A DNA stretch of 64,000 bases from Octopus sinensis (lineage: Eukaryota): NCBI RefSeq assembly GCF_006345805.1, contig NC_043005.1:27280001-27344000 (forward strand), read 5' to 3'. The translations under genes and the position numbers were made by a program. Below are positions 1 to 14,146 of the stretch, one piece after another. The first letter of the stretch is position 1; every line of letters begins with the position of its first letter. The notes under the pieces are model-generated. The model saw only the letters and a program-made list of their open reading frames with translations. It did not search any database and was not told the origin of the DNA.

Positions 1-99
1 CAACAACAACAACAGCAACGATTACGAAAGAAACGAAATTAACAGCAATAACAGAGATATATACCAACAATAACAATTACACGAACAACATCAACGTTT

Positions 100-322
100 T
101 CATTGCCATTATCATTATTGATGTCGTCGTCGCCTTCTTCTTCTTCCTCCTCCTTCTCTTCCTCTTCCTCTTCCCCTTTTCCTTCTTTCCCCTCTTCTTC
201 AATCCACCCCTTCTCCATTTCCTCCCCGCCTCCACTCTCTCTTTTGCGTCCTCCTCCTTCCTTTTCCTCCTCCTCCTTTAATCATTCCTCCCCTCCCTTC
301 TCCTCCTCTTCTTCTTCCTTCT

Positions 323-357
<35 letters not shown>

Positions 358-486
358 TTTCTCCTCCTCATCATCGTCATCATTATCATCATCATCTTCA
401 TCATCATCATCATCGTCATCATCATCATTATCCTCCTCCTCCTCCTCCTCCATCCTCTGCCCCCCCCATCATCATCATCAGTCATC
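100..486. repeat. Compound triplet microsatellite (TTC/TCC/ATC)n
   Basis: Directly visible; explains the poly-S/F/I/L ORFs. Confidence 0.9.
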
Positions 487-790
487 ACAGCTAAGACTGT
501 CCATGGCTTTGGCGTCACTTGATGAGCTTTCTCCATACTGGTCGGCATCTTCGTCTTGTGGTTGCCATTTATTATGGATCAATTCCTTTCCACTTCATCC
601 TCTTTTTTGCAGCATCTTTGAATCTCAGTCTACATCTTCCATGGTTTCTTTTTCTCTTTACATAGTTGGGAGTAAAGGAGTTGTTTGGTCAGTTTGCTGT
701 TGTCCATCCTCTGGACGTGGCCCATCCAACGTAAGTTTCTATCAGAAAAGAAAATTTCCATCGTAAGCGGCAGACCAGCATGACAACAGA
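487..790 (-). mobile_element. RTE-clade LINE 3' end fragment
   Basis: Minus strand translates to LRWMGHVQRMDNSKLTKQLLYSQL...GRCRLRFKD, matching the RTE C-terminal LRWxGHVxRM motif, and runs into a (GAT)n tail. Confidence 0.7.
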
Positions 791-809
791 CATAACGTCA
801 ACAAGCACA

Positions 810-1179
810 TAAACACCACCACCACCACAACTACCACCACCACTATCACCACAACCTCCACCACTGCCACCACCACCACCACTATCACTGCAACCTCCAC
901 AATGCCACCACCACCACCACCACCGCCCCTACCACCACCACCATCATCACCACTACCATTACAACCACCACCAACACACCATCAGCACCGGCACCGGCAC
1001 CGCCGCCGCCACTACCACCATCACCACCACCACCACCACCACCACCACCGCCGCCACTGCCATCACAACCACCACCATCATCATTAACAATTAACAGCGA
1101 ATATCCTGACAGAACAACCACAATAAGTTAAACAACTACAACAACAACAACAACGAAACCACATCAGCAGCAACAATCA

Positions 1180-1238
<59 letters not shown>

Positions 1239-1240
1239 AA
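810..1240. repeat. (ACC)n and (CTA)n microsatellites
   Basis: Directly visible. Confidence 0.9.
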
Positions 1241-1319
1241 TAAAAAGAACGATAACAACAATATTGATGTAAAAACGATTAACGCATGAGATACATAATA
1301 AAAATAACAAAATGTTAAA

Positions 1320-2250
1320 ATAATGAAGGAAATTGTTGTACACAGTGCTCAGGTGCACTACAAAAACAAAAAAACAAAAAACAACAACAAAAAACAAAGA
1401 AACAAAAAGACCATCAGGTGTACTGTTGGCAGATTTCAGGAAGCATGGAAGTTTTGAAGGACGTAGTGTCTTGACAGCTAATGACTGATGCAGGTAGTTT
1501 ATTCCATGCTTCAGCAATTCTGAGAATGAAAAAAAATGTTTCCGAAAGACATGGGTGCTGTGTTGTTGTTTTGATTTTATAAGCATATCTGCGAGTGTTT
1601 GTCATATGGAATTCAAAAAGGTTCCCAAGGTTGTTGTTGGAAAGATGGTGGATAATCTTATGGGCGTCAACCTAAGTCAGTTGCCAGACATCTGAGCTTC
1701 AATGTATCCATGCCCAGGGAAGCAACACATTCAGAGTATGGTAAGATGTCTGACGGTGGGTATTCCTTTTGTTGCACGTTTCTGAACAGTTTCCTGGAGA
1801 GTTATATACTGAGCAAGATTGGGGTTCCAGACTGGCGATGCAAATTCCAAGTGTGGATGGACCATTGTCGTATACAATTTTAAATAGGTAGCTGGAGGGC
1901 GGCTGATAAAGGTCTTACTGAGTGATGCTTGCACCCCCTCAGCCTTCTTTACAGTCTTAGAGATGTGGTTTGTCCAACGCAGATCGTTGTTTACAATAAT
2001 GCCCAGATCAGGTCCGTTGGAAGACTTCTTGAGATTGGTGTTGCTGAGGGAGTATGTAAAGGCTAGATTTTCCATCATAAAATGCATGGTGATGCACTTG
2101 TCCACAGCTAGCTTGAGTTGCCAGTCAGAGATCCATGCAATGCTGCATTGTATCCAGGACTGATTGCAGGAAAGATCTATAGCGCATAGGATCTGTTCTT
2201 TTTATTTCGAGGTACAGCTTGACGTCATCTGCATATTTCAGCACTGTTAA
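1320..2250 (-). mobile_element. CR1/L2-group LINE, decayed 3' fragment (RT YADD to C-terminus)
   Basis: LKYADDVKLY at ~2224-2240, then DLGIIVNNDLRW...HLEFASPVWNP...VQKRATK (ORF 1731..2105) and FFILRIAEAWNKLP (ORF 1414..1605); frameshifted. Confidence 0.85.
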
Positions 2251-2935
2251 GATTGGCACAAAATATTCATTTTTCTTTTCCTATTTTCGACTTCCAAATT
2301 CGGGTTGGCCACATCGTTAACACATCAGATAACATGCTTTGCGATATTCCTTTCGGTTCAAATCGCACTGAAGTCAACTTTGCATTCCCTTCCTTCAGGA
2401 TGGTGAAATTAAAATACCAGATGTGTATTGAGCTCCTTAATATCGACCTCTCTTCCTCTCATAATTGCTGGCCTGGTGCAAAATTTTGAATTCAGAAATG
2501 GAACTACCTGGTTGTAAAACGAACTTCTTACATATTTGGACATTCAACCATGCTGCACTTTCAATAAATACGTTCACTCGTTTGTGGTATACATGCAAAT
2601 AGAATAGAGAGTATTTGCTGATGTGCAACAACGCTGGGAAAAGAAAATTGTAAATTTTAAGTTGCTGTAATAACGCAAAGATTATCCAGGGTCACTCGAG
2701 TACACGGTGCTGAGGAACTGCAAAATGCATCGAAATATCGACATCCACCGTTCTCTACGGATCGAGTTGTCTCGCCTGGTTTGAGCTTGACGTCTTCAAG
2801 GTATATTTCCTCTGGTGCTATCCTGCAGTTAGTGTTTGAATAATTGGAGCAGCTAACAATTCATTACACACATACACACACATGCGCACATACATACATA
2901 CATACATACATACATACATACATACATACATACAT

Positions 2936-2982
<47 letters not shown>

Positions 2983-3560
2983 ATGGATTAGGTGGCATTA
3001 CATTTATTGCATGGTTTACAATCGTTTCATCAACGTGTGGGTGACAAATCAAACATCATGTCCATTACATACCGACATACGCACAGATATATTCCCTGTT
3101 CCTAGGAAACGGGCAGGAGGAATTGTTTTTGTCCTGATCACATAGGATATCTTTGATGTCAGTCTCTAGCCCCATTATCCTATTTCGTAGTTTCTCTCTG
3201 ACAAAGCATTATTCCTATACAACTAAAATTTGAGCGGGTTTTTTCTTAGGTCCAGAGTTTTTCTTTCATTTTAGTATTTCTTGTTGACGGATTTGCTTCA
3301 CTCAATATGTCTTAAGTAATGAAGGATACTGGTCGTGAAATGAAGTTCCGATTCAGTTTTTATTTAAAATTTTATTTTTTTTTAACGTATTTTATTTCTA
3401 TTTTTTTCAATTATTTTTTAATCTGCAAATATTTCCTTTATCTTTTATCTAATTTACTTTGTTTTTCAGTACAAAAAACTTCAAGCTTGTACTTTAATAT
3501 TTTCCTTATCTACTGAGAGACATTTTGACGCCCATATTCCATTATTATATTTATTTGCAA

Positions 3561-3752
3561 GGCGGCGAGCTGCCAGAAACGTTAGCACACCGGGAAAAAT
3601 GCTTAACAGTATTTCGTTCAAATTCCGCCGAGGTCGACTTTGCCTGTCATCCCTTCGAGGTCGATAAATTAAGTACCAGTTGCATACTGGGGATCGATCT
3701 AATCGACTTACCCATCCCCAAAATTTCAGGCCTTGTGCCTACAGTAGAAAAT
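3561..3752 (+). mobile_element. SINE family B (tRNA-like head, GGCGGCGAGCTG...AGTAGAAA)
   Basis: Same ~200 bp element recurs at 21.8, 35.0, 35.2, 47.3-48.0, 62.0 and 63.3 kb. Confidence 0.8.
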
Positions 3753-3824
3753 TTTATATTTATTTGCCTATATTTGATTGGTTATGAGTATTTTCGTAGT
3801 AAACTGGATTACCTTTATCTGTAT

Positions 3825-3970
3825 ACATTATTTACATTATTTACATTATGTACATTAGATTTATCCTCATCTTGCTTGTTTTTAACACAACGTTTCGGCT
3901 GATAAACCCTCCAGCGTTCATCAGGTGTCTTGGGGAAATTTCGAACCTAGTTTCTCATTCCTAAGGTATT
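3825..3970 (-). mobile_element. Family E element, 3' part only
   Basis: Near-identical to 44700-44860 and 45520-45665; ends in (TGTAAATAA)n repeats. Confidence 0.8.
3884..3929 (-). ncRNA. Minimal type I hammerhead ribozyme motif (family E)
   Basis: Minus: GACAC CUGAUGA A CGCUG-loop-CAGCC GAAACGUU GUGUU; one stem II mismatch. Confidence 0.65.
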
Positions 3971-3974
3971 CCGA

Positions 3975-4780
3975 ACTTTGCATGGTAGATTCCCAAAGGT
4001 ATTAGCAGCAAATAGTAGAAGTGAGACATGGTTATGGATGCAGAAAGGAAGGCTGAAAAGGGGGGGGGCAGTAAGTCTGTTAGTAGCAGCGCAAGATCAA
4101 GCATTAAGGACTAAGTGAATAAAAGCCCAGATAAGACAAAAACCAAGTAGATTCCCAATGTAGGCTATGCAAATCAAAAGAGGAAAGTGTTACTCAAATA
4201 GTAAGTGGTGAAGAAGAAGAAGAAGAAGAAGAAGGAGGAGGAGGAGGAGGAGGTGGAGAAATTGGATCGCTAATCATAGCTGGGCAGGAAGAAACCATCA
4301 GAATGAACTCGATAAAGGCAAGACTAATGAAATTCAATCAGGCAGCAATTGAAGAAAGAGTCGAAAGAACTAACTAAGCGAGCACAGTAAGCTAAGGCAA
4401 AAGAATTCATTGAGATATCTGTGTCGGTAAAGTAGTTTACTGAATGTTAATCAAGGCCGTAGTTTACTGAATGTTAGTTGAGACCGTAGATTTGAGGTGG
4501 CGAATATATAGTATGAACACGAGGTCAATGACAATTACAGAAGTTTATGCGATTTCTCCATATAGACTGATCATATTACTGAAACAAGTGGACCAGATTC
4601 ATTCGTGAAGGACAGAAAATAGGAACATCTCCCATACGAGAGGAGAGTGGATATTTCTGAAGCTGAGGACATTGAGAAATATCAAGATTTATCCAGAGAA
4701 GATTGTGTAACATTAGGGTAAAAATGTTCATAAGATAAGTGGTGCACCGAGCACAACCTCTAAAATGCTATCTCTACAAG
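3975..4780 (+). mobile_element. R4/Dong-clade non-LTR retrotransposon, decayed C-terminal fragments
   Basis: LHGRF...TWLWMQKGRLK, AAQDQALRT, CRLCKSKEESVTQIVSG (CCHC region), and EKYQDLSRE near 4675. Confidence 0.65.
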
Positions 4781-5429
4781 AGGAACAGTGAGAGTTAGTG
4801 ACAAGAAAGGGAGAAGACATTGAGTATTCTCTTTCAAAGAAAATAGTAATTTAATCTTCGAACCCAAGAAAACAAATTTTAGCAAAAGATAAACAATTGA
4901 AAAAGATGATAAATAGATTAAAAAGAAGATAAACGAGGAAAATGACAATAAATCAAACAGATAAATCTTCAAGTACAGAAGATTTAAAATCTGAAAACGC
5001 AAATTGGCACGACATAACCAACAGCAGCAGCAAAAGCGACCACAATGACGATGACGACAACGACAATGTACACACGCTTTTTGTCAAAGGAGTAACTAAA
5101 TTGAAAGCAATTTCCGCTCAATCTACGTTGCCAGTGGCAAAGAGATTTTGAAAGGTGTCCACGGAGCCGAGAAAAAATAGTTTGCGAAAGTTTTGTAACC
5201 AAGAAGGGCGTTTATTTACCCTTATTTACCAAAACCTTTCATTCAAATGAGTATTTCAGTTTGAGAAACAGTAGACAAATTACCGACCTCAGTATCGTCA
5301 AAAACCGGAGTTAAATAGACGTCAACAAACGTCTATTTAAGCTAACAAAAGAATATTTAGAAGTAGTCCTGGTTAATATGTCAGAAAATATCTCCTCTAT
5401 CAACCAGCGGAAAAGTTAAAGAACTGGAT

Positions 5430-5810
5430 GTGAAGTTTTTCAAAGCTGAAGATACGGTGAAGAAGAAAAACAAGCTGTTGTATCATTCTGCTTTCCATAC
5501 ATTTGTATCACAATACTCGGGTCGGGTATTAACTACAATGTTCTCCCTAGGCTTGACGTCTCTTTTGTGGTACGTTATGGGCAGGTTATAAGTGCGGAGG
5601 CAGTCAAGAATATATAGACAAGTGGAGAATCAATGGACAAAGATGTTCTAATGATACCGGAAGACCACTGACCCAACACAAAGCTGTGTCCCGTCAAGAG
5701 AGAATAGGAGAAGGTCATTAGACTGGTCATGCAAAATAGAAACGTCTAGGTGCTACACTTGTGGCAGTAAGCACCATATGAGGGCTATTTCCTAAGTAAA
5801 AATCTAGAAA
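5430..5810 (+). pseudogene. Possible decayed LINE ORF1 with gag-type zinc knuckle
   Basis: RCYTCGSKHHMRAI(S) at ~5748-5792 fits CX2CX4HX4C except the last Cys; flanks are heavily disrupted. Confidence 0.3.
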
Positions 5811-6750
5811 CAGAAAAATGAGCAGCAGAGGAAGCATCAACAACGTCAACTTACACAGATTTCTGCTTCAACAACATAACGAATTATACTACAGGTTATA
5901 TCGTCGACGATAACCCGAAAACGTGCCTCGTCTTCAATCTCAAAATCCCGCTGATAATGAAGCAGACAACCAGGAAAGTAAGGAGTTCAATACAGTAGTA
6001 CAACCTCATTTTCTTGTGACAAAGAGAAGAGGAACAAGGATTAGATTATAAAACTACCAGAAACATTTAAAAGGCCACAAACTCCTCAATGCATCCAAAA
6101 GGAAAATAACCGAAGGGGAAGACAAGGAAATGCCCAATGTTATTGTCTATATAGTCGTATTCTAGATTGGATGAATATGTTATTTAGCTTTTCTAGTGTA
6201 CATTGTCTTACTTCGTATGATCAGATCCATTGCAGTATTCCAAGTTTACACCAAAAGCGTATTATTATTTTTTCTAAACCTAGGTAAAATAATTGCAGAA
6301 AAAAAAACAGGATCTTTAGTTTTGAAGGCATATTCGTAAATGTAACATAAATTATAGTCTCCTCAGATTTATATTCCAACCCTGGACATGCTTCAAGCAA
6401 TTTTCAGCCTGTGCAAGGGGTTGCAATTTTAGTTCTAGTTTTATGGTTAGACATTGGTAGATCATGTGTATTCTTTTACTTTTTGTGTGTGATTTTGTCT
6501 CGTTTTCGCCCTATCAATCTATATAAACTGTGCACTTCATGTAGCCTTAATGGTCTTAACCCTTATTTCTGGCAATACAGGTGCTATTCAACATAGTCAC
6601 TCACAATTAAAGATAGTTAAATTTTCCGTTTTGACTTCATATTGCGCCTAGCTGCTTATATCAATTTTTAGTATATACATGAACATTTCGCTAAATCCGC
6701 CATAAATTTAAGTAGTAAAAATATATATACAGACAGATGTCTGTCTATCC

Positions 6751-6823
<73 letters not shown>

Positions 6824-7182
6824 ACTATCTATCTATCTATTTATTTGGCACTGTGGACGAGTGTGAAACTAACAGAGGAAACCGGTCCAGTGATCCTAGC
6901 TTTGCTAAGGGGCGGTTATCACCCCTGTCAGTGTATATAAATTGTGCACATTATGTAGCCTTAAGGATTCTGATTCTCATTTCTTGCAGTATAGGTGCTA
7001 CTCAGCACGCCCAGTCACAATTAGTGCGATTATACATACATACATACATACATACATACATACATACATACATACATCATACATACATACATACATACAT
7101 GCATGCATGCATGCGCGCATACATACATATTCATATATATATATCGATATGAATATATATATATATATATAATATATATATA

Positions 7183-7238
<56 letters not shown>

Positions 7239-8463
7239 TTGTGTATTATATATATATAATCGCACTATATATATATAGAACAAAAGCGCAATAGAGGACA
7301 ATAAAACATTCGGACAGATAGACGATATATAGGCGGACAGGAGAAACAACAATTAGAAATAAAAGAATATATATATACATATATATATATAGAAAGGTAG
7401 ATAGATAGATAGACACAGACATACAGACATAGATAAATAGATAGATAGATAGACAGACAGACTGACAGACAGATAAATAGCTAGCTGGCTAGCTCGTTAG
7501 ATAGATAGATAGATAGATAGTTAGATAAATAGATAGACTGACAGACAGATAAACAGGTAGATCGATAGATAGACAGATAGAGAGAGAGAGATACATACAT
7601 ACATACACACATACATACATACATACATACATACATAAACAGATGTTTTATATATGGATATAAACTATGCATATACACGTACACACTCCAACACACATAT
7701 CTATGTACACACACGCACATACATATATGTGTGTGTGTTTATATGTATATGTATATGTATGTGATATATATATATAATATATATACATATATAGATATGC
7801 ACACACATATATATACGTACAAGAGTGAGCGAGAAAGACAGACAGAGAAAACATGTTAAGAAGATCAGTAACAATAACGATAAACATTAACCTCAGCATC
7901 AGCATCAGCATCAGCAGCATCATCAAAACAATACCAAGAACAACAACAAGAAATAACATCATCAATTTTAAGAACTGTAGCAGATTGACGTAGGCACACA
8001 CACACACACACACACACGCACACACAACACACGCACACACACACACACAAAGGCAGCCATGTATGTGAGCCACATAGACAGAGGCACACAAATACACACA
8101 CACTCACATATACATATATGTACGCCAACTTGCTGCAGTGACAGTGAACGGTGTGTAGACGATTAAAGCAGAATGCACCGAGTCAACTCTGGGAAACCGA
8201 ACGGAATCGAATGAGATGGCGGAGGCGGGGGGGGGGGGATGAAAGGAGCGGGGGGCGACGGGGAGAGGCAGGAATATAAGCGAGGGTGGGAGTGAGGGAG
8301 TGGAATATATAGCGGAGGTGGTTATGGTGGTGGTGGTGGTGAGTGTGTGGGGGAGATTAAATGTGGAGCAGAACACATTTATTTCTGTTTCACAGTCATT
8401 GTATTACAGACACACTGACGCATTGATTGATAGATAGACACATAGCTAGCTAAGATAGATAGG

Positions 8464-8535
<72 letters not shown>

Positions 8536-8788
8536 CTGGTAGATAGATAGATAGACAGATAGACAGATAGATAGATAATTAGATAGATAGATAGATAAAA
8601 GAAGAAAGAAAGAAAGAAAGAAAAAGAGAGAGAGATAGGCAGATAGATAGATAGACAGAGATGGATAGATACATACATTACATATATACATTACATACAT
8701 ACATACATAGGTAGGCTGAGTGAAAGACTGATGGTCAAAAAGATGCAGAGGTAGTATCTCTCTCTCTCTCCTCTCCTCTCTCTCTCTG

Positions 8789-8840
<52 letters not shown>

Positions 8841-8884
8841 ATGTATGTATGTATGTTGTATGTATGTATGTATGTATGTATGTA

Positions 8885-9175
8885 TAAAATACAAAATGGG
8901 ACAAGAACGCAAAATATCCTGACAAGTGATACAAAAATGGGACAGCAAAACAACTAGATAGACGATACAAAGAAAATAAGGACAGATCATTCGGAGTTTT
9001 CTTTCCTCGGTCGAGTTCCAGATTATCTTTACAATTTCGGCTGGTTATATTCGAGATTGCTCCAACTGGCCAGCGTCAAGGAAAAACTAAGTTAAGGGCA
9101 TTAGATTCCTTGGAAGAAAGCAGCGGATGTATACGAAAACAGGAGGGAAAAAAATACGGAGAATGTTACACAACA
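8885..9175. repeat. Interspersed repeat family F
   Basis: A second copy lies in opposite orientation at 37790-38135; both are flanked by microsatellites. Confidence 0.75.
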
Positions 9176-9258
9176 CATACATACATACATACATACATAC
9201 AACATACATACATACATACATACATACATAACATACATTACATACATACATACTATAA

Positions 9259-9309
<51 letters not shown>

Positions 9310-9320
<11 letters not shown>

Positions 9321-9627
9321 GGCAAAATGTCTGTCTGTGTGTGTATCCCTTATACAAATCCACAATTTTTCAGTTAGAGGGCTTGTACTTTCTATGGTCA
9401 TTCAAAACCGTCCAAGGGTGGTAGTGCACATATTTACATTTCCCCAGTCACCCCGCAAAGCCATTAAAAAATCAATAGAAGTGACTTTTTTGTGAATTTT
9501 CTATCAAAAACCCAATCAAAATGCCCGAAACTTGATACGCCAATTGAATGCCAGCTACCTGTATGTGATTGGTCAGAGATTTGGACAGTACTCGCGCGTA
9601 TGTGCGCACCCCGGGTCATAGTGCTAG
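9310..9627 (+). mobile_element. Non-autonomous Helitron-like element
   Basis: Near-identical to 39779-40162; ends ...CCGGGTCATAGTGCTAG|T with the 5' half of the terminal hairpin deleted. Confidence 0.7.
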
Positions 9628-9728
9628 TATTTATATATATAAATATATATAAATATATATAAATATATATATATATCTGTGTGTGTATGTATGCATGTAA
9701 GTATATATATGTATGTATATATATATAT

Positions 9729-9785
<57 letters not shown>

Positions 9786-9796
9786 CACATAAATTT

Positions 9797-10025
9797 TACT
9801 CTTTTACTTGTTTCAGTCATTTGACTGCGGACATGCTGGAGCACCACCTTTTGTCGAGCAATCGACCCCAGGACTTATTCTTTGGAAGTCTAGAACTTAT
9901 TCTATCGGTTGCTTTTGCCGAACCAGTAAGTTACGGGGGACGTAAACACACCAGCATCTGTTGTCAGGCAATGCGGGGGGGATGGGGGGGGGACAAACAC
10001 AGACGCACAAACATACACACACACG

Positions 10026-10111
<86 letters not shown>

Positions 10112-10282
10112 CGACGGCTACTTTCAGTTTCCGTCTAACAAATCCACTCACAAGGCTTAGGTCAGCCCGAGGCTATAGTAGAAGACTGATACTGGCTCAA
10201 CAAGGTGCCATGCAGTGGGACTGAACGCAGAACCATGTGGTTGGTAAGCAAGCTACTCACCACACAACCACTCCTACGCCTA
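9797..10282 (-). mobile_element. SINE family A (tRNA head, internal TA/TG microsatellite, LINE-type tail)
   Basis: Head has A box TGGTTGTGTGG and B box variant GCGTTCAGTCC; tail ends TGACTGAAACAAGTAAAAGAG. Confidence 0.85.
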
Positions 10283-10457
10283 TTGGTGTATTTATATATA
10301 TATTATTGTGTCTGAAGGAATACATCTTACACCTTTGATGGGTGATGGCGATTATATAATATGTTGATTAAATCATCTCACCGATGTACTACGAGTGCAA
10401 AAATATGTCGAAAGAATTTCAAATGATTTTAAATAAAGAATGCCGGATAATGCATTC

Positions 10458-10545
<88 letters not shown>

Positions 10546-10881
10546 GCTAGCTAGCTAGCTAGCTAGCGCTAGCTTGCTATGTACCTATTTATCTAGACAG
10601 TATATATATATATATATATGGATTCGTATATAGAAATTTGTGTGTGTGTGTGTGTGTGTGTGAGTTGTGTTTTCTGCATCCAATGGAAGCCATGTCATGA
10701 ACGCCTAAGTTACGTAAATGTATGTAACAAACGCGATTTTAATGTAATCTTCCATTTTACGAAGTTTCCTGGGAAGTGGCATGTACATGTCTGTACCTTG
10801 CGTGAATTTTAAGGATTTTTGTATTTGAATTTCCATCCCTTGGCTTAAGTACATCTGTGGATGTGTTTGCATATGTATGTT

Positions 10882-10936
<55 letters not shown>

Positions 10937-11348
10937 ATGTATGTATGTATGTATGTATGTATGTATGCATGAATGTAAACATGTGTGTTTCACATCCTCA
11001 CACACACACTGACACATGTACTGTGCAGATATGTAAATGTGTACATATATTGTTGCATATATATGTGCATATATATAGGTGTATGTGTGCATGTATGTGT
11101 TTCACGCGAGTGTGATTGATCATATGCATATAGACACATGTACGTGGGTTTTCGAGCGCGCATGTGTATGTACGTACATGCGCGCATTCGCGTTTTCTAT
11201 GAGCATTTTTACTTTTTTACTTTCTCCTCTTCCGTTTTTTTCCCTTATTTCACGGTCATTCTAATAGCTCTTTTATCTTAATAACGGTCAATTACATAGT
11301 AATTTCCCTTTGTTTAACGGTCATTTTCATAGGATTTTTTGATTCCCT

Positions 11349-11411
11349 TGATAACTGACGAGATGCCGGAGCAGATTTCCGCTCCAACATCCGAAACTCG
11401 GAGTTTTATTA
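11349..11411 (+). ncRNA. Type I hammerhead ribozyme motif with extended stem II
   Basis: UGAUAA CUGACGA GAUG..GGAGC-loop-GCUCC..CAUC C GAAA CUC G GAG UU UUAUUA: 6-bp stem I, 4-bp stem III, GUU triplet. Confidence 0.7.
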
Positions 11412-11584
11412 TGGCAGCCGAATAATTGTCACATTTATATTACAGATAAATTCCTCTATTTACATAATATCGAGGTCTCATTCATGTTTTTGTTATCATA
11501 CCATTACTATTAATATATATATATATATAATATATATATATATATATAGAAAGAGAGAGAGAGATAGAGAGAATACATGTGTGT

Positions 11585-11818
11585 ACTCAGTATTCGAACT
11601 CAATGCTGGGAGCACTGCCTTGAGGGGTTTACTTGAACAAATCGACCCTAGTACAACTTTTTAAAGCCCGGAACTTATTCTATCGGTATCGTTTACCGAA
11701 CCGCTAGTTGGCGGGGTCGTAATCAATCCAACACTGGTTGTCAAGTGGTGCGGGCGGGGAGCACACACACAAAGATACACACACACACACACACATACAC
11801 ACACACAAACAAAAGCAA

Positions 11819-11871
<53 letters not shown>

Positions 11872-12013
11872 CGACGTGCTTCTCTCAGTTTCCGTCTACT
11901 AAATCCACTCACAAGGTTTTTGTTGGCCCGAGGCTACAGTTGAAGACACTTGCCCAAGGTGCCATGCAGTAAGACTGAACCTGAAAACACGTGGTTGGAA
12001 AGTATATTTACCA
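11585..12013 (-). mobile_element. SINE family A, diverged copy
   Basis: Homologous to the other A copies; abuts the transposon end. Confidence 0.75.
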
Positions 12014-13283
12014 AAATTACATAAAAATATCTTGAAATACTAAAGAGTAAATTTATTCAATAAATTTGCCTTTGGTTTTAACCACGGCCGCCAGACGATT
12101 TCTGAATCTCCTGCAACTCTTCTTGACGGTCTCCTTGTTTAAGTTGGTGAACGCTGCCATAATCCTTGCCTTCAGTTCATATTTGGTGTTACAAGGAATT
12201 TTGTTGGTCTCTTGCTCAACTGCGTCCCGCACAATAATCAAGGTTTTGCAGTCTGGGGAGTTAGGTGACTAGATGTTAGTGGTATGTGGTCGTAGCAATT
12301 GTCTGACATCCATGATTGGTTTCTCCTGCTTGTGTGACATGATGCAGAGTCCTGTTGCCAGACATAGGGTGTTCCAGTAGCCACCCTCTTGACTAAGGAC
12401 AACACTACCTCCTCCAGGCACTTGATGTAGGCCTCTGTGTTGAGTCTGAGGTCGTGTGGGAGGCATAACGTCGCTATCACTAGTGATCACTCCAAACACC
12501 ATGATGTTGACTGGATGTTTAATTTTCATCACTCTCGGTACATGTTTTAGGGACAAAGCAAGCCAACGGTTGTTCTGTGTGTTCACCGTCTGATACTGGC
12601 AGAAATTTTTCTCTTCTGAGAAGAACCAAAGCATGTTATCTTGAAGGGGCTCCTTGAGTTTGTTCAAAAGCTTCGTAGAGCGGTCTTTCCTCTTGCCCTT
12701 GATGGCTTGAGATAAAAATTGGCTCTTTCTGATGTTGTATGAGGAATACCGAATGTCTTCATGCACTATATGCCTGATAAGAAACTCAGACACTCCCATG
12801 TCCCTGGCAATGGACCTGATTGACTTGGAGGGATCGTTGTCAACCATGGCAGGGATCTCACCAACAAATTCAGGAGTTCTTTTCTTATCAGAACGATCAG
12901 AGTAAGTTTTCCAAACTGCCGTACTTTCATAATCACCATTAGACTCATCCAACTCTTTCCGAATCCTCTACATTGTTCTCAGACTGACACCCAAATACTC
13001 TAAAATGTTCAAATTGGCGCTTCCGGTACGAATGCCAAGCAGTACAGCATGTCGTTTCCAAATTTCTGGCAGAGTGAATGGTGTGTCATGCTGCTGTTTT
13101 TTTACAGACGGTGCCAACTAATCCTACTGTACTGTGTAGCTTTCATATCTTTGATAGGCTTCGACCAGTATAGACCCAGGCCATGTCTAACTCAATAGCA
13201 CGACATCTGTAGTCGATAAAATCAAAACCAAACAATACGCATGCGCGAAATTCAAAATATAAAATGGCAACGGTTTACCCAAC
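12014..13283 (-). mobile_element. Tc1/mariner-superfamily transposon, maT (DD37D)-like, transposase pseudogene
   Basis: HTH region SIRSIARDMGVS, WFFSEEKNF, WQQDSASCH and a frameshifted PNSPDC motif; D-to-D spacing is about 37 after allowing for indels. Confidence 0.85.
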
Positions 13284-13294
13284 GTGTGTATATA

Positions 13295-13327
<33 letters not shown>

Positions 13328-13339
13328 TATATATACATA

Positions 13340-13498
13340 GAGAAGGCTTCTTTCAATTTGCACCTACGAATTCCACTTACAAGGCTTTGGTCAGTCTGAG
13401 GTTAAAGTAGAAGACACTCCCCCACGGTTCCACGCAGTGAGACTGAAACCAGAACCACGTGATTGGGAAGCAAGCTTCTTACCACATAGCGACGCCAG
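13340..13498 (-). mobile_element. SINE family A head-half fragment
   Basis: Matches the 5' half of family A. Confidence 0.7.
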
Positions 13499-14114
13499 GT
13501 AGATAGTGAGAAAGTAAGAGTGTGAGAGAGAGAGAAAGAGAAAGAAAGTAAGTAAGAAAGAAAGGAAGGAAGAAAGAAAGAAAGAAAGAAAGAAAAAAGG
13601 AAGAATGAAAGAAGGAAAGAAAGAAAGGGAAATTATAGCGACAAGGGAAAATAACAAAGTAAGTGTGAAGTGCGTAGAATAAGTGCAACACAATGCAATA
13701 TATTGCACTGACTGCACATTAAAATTGATTATGTAACTTGGTCGGTGAGATGGACAGACGTACTAATCGATGGTCAGATAGATCGATAGCCCTAGATATT
13801 ATATGACAAACAGAACAATCAGAAAAGGCGGGTAAGGTCAGTAGAGTTGGTTAACAAGTCTACATTGCAATCTGTTACTCATCCAGCCGATAGGTTTTTA
13901 CCCCCCAACCCAGTCTTACTCACCACTTGGTAAACGGAAGCTTTAGACAATGCTAATTAATACATGATATTCGTGTGAAATGCTGCAGGTGCCAATCCCG
14001 AAACCCAGTCTTCAGTGAAGCTCTATATTATTACGTTAATAAAAAAAATCTGATAGGCTGTAATTGTTGCTATATAATTTCCAACTTGTAAAGCAGTTTT
14101 GTATTATCTCGTCG

Positions 14115-14146
<32 letters not shown>

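Noticed and set aside
2710-2750. CTGAGGA...GAAATATC hammerhead-like string
   Set aside because: Stem II is mismatched at its base and no stem I forms.
9020-9085. Family F GCTGG/CCAGC stem followed by GAAA
   Set aside because: Neither copy has a CUGANGA or UUGANAA core.
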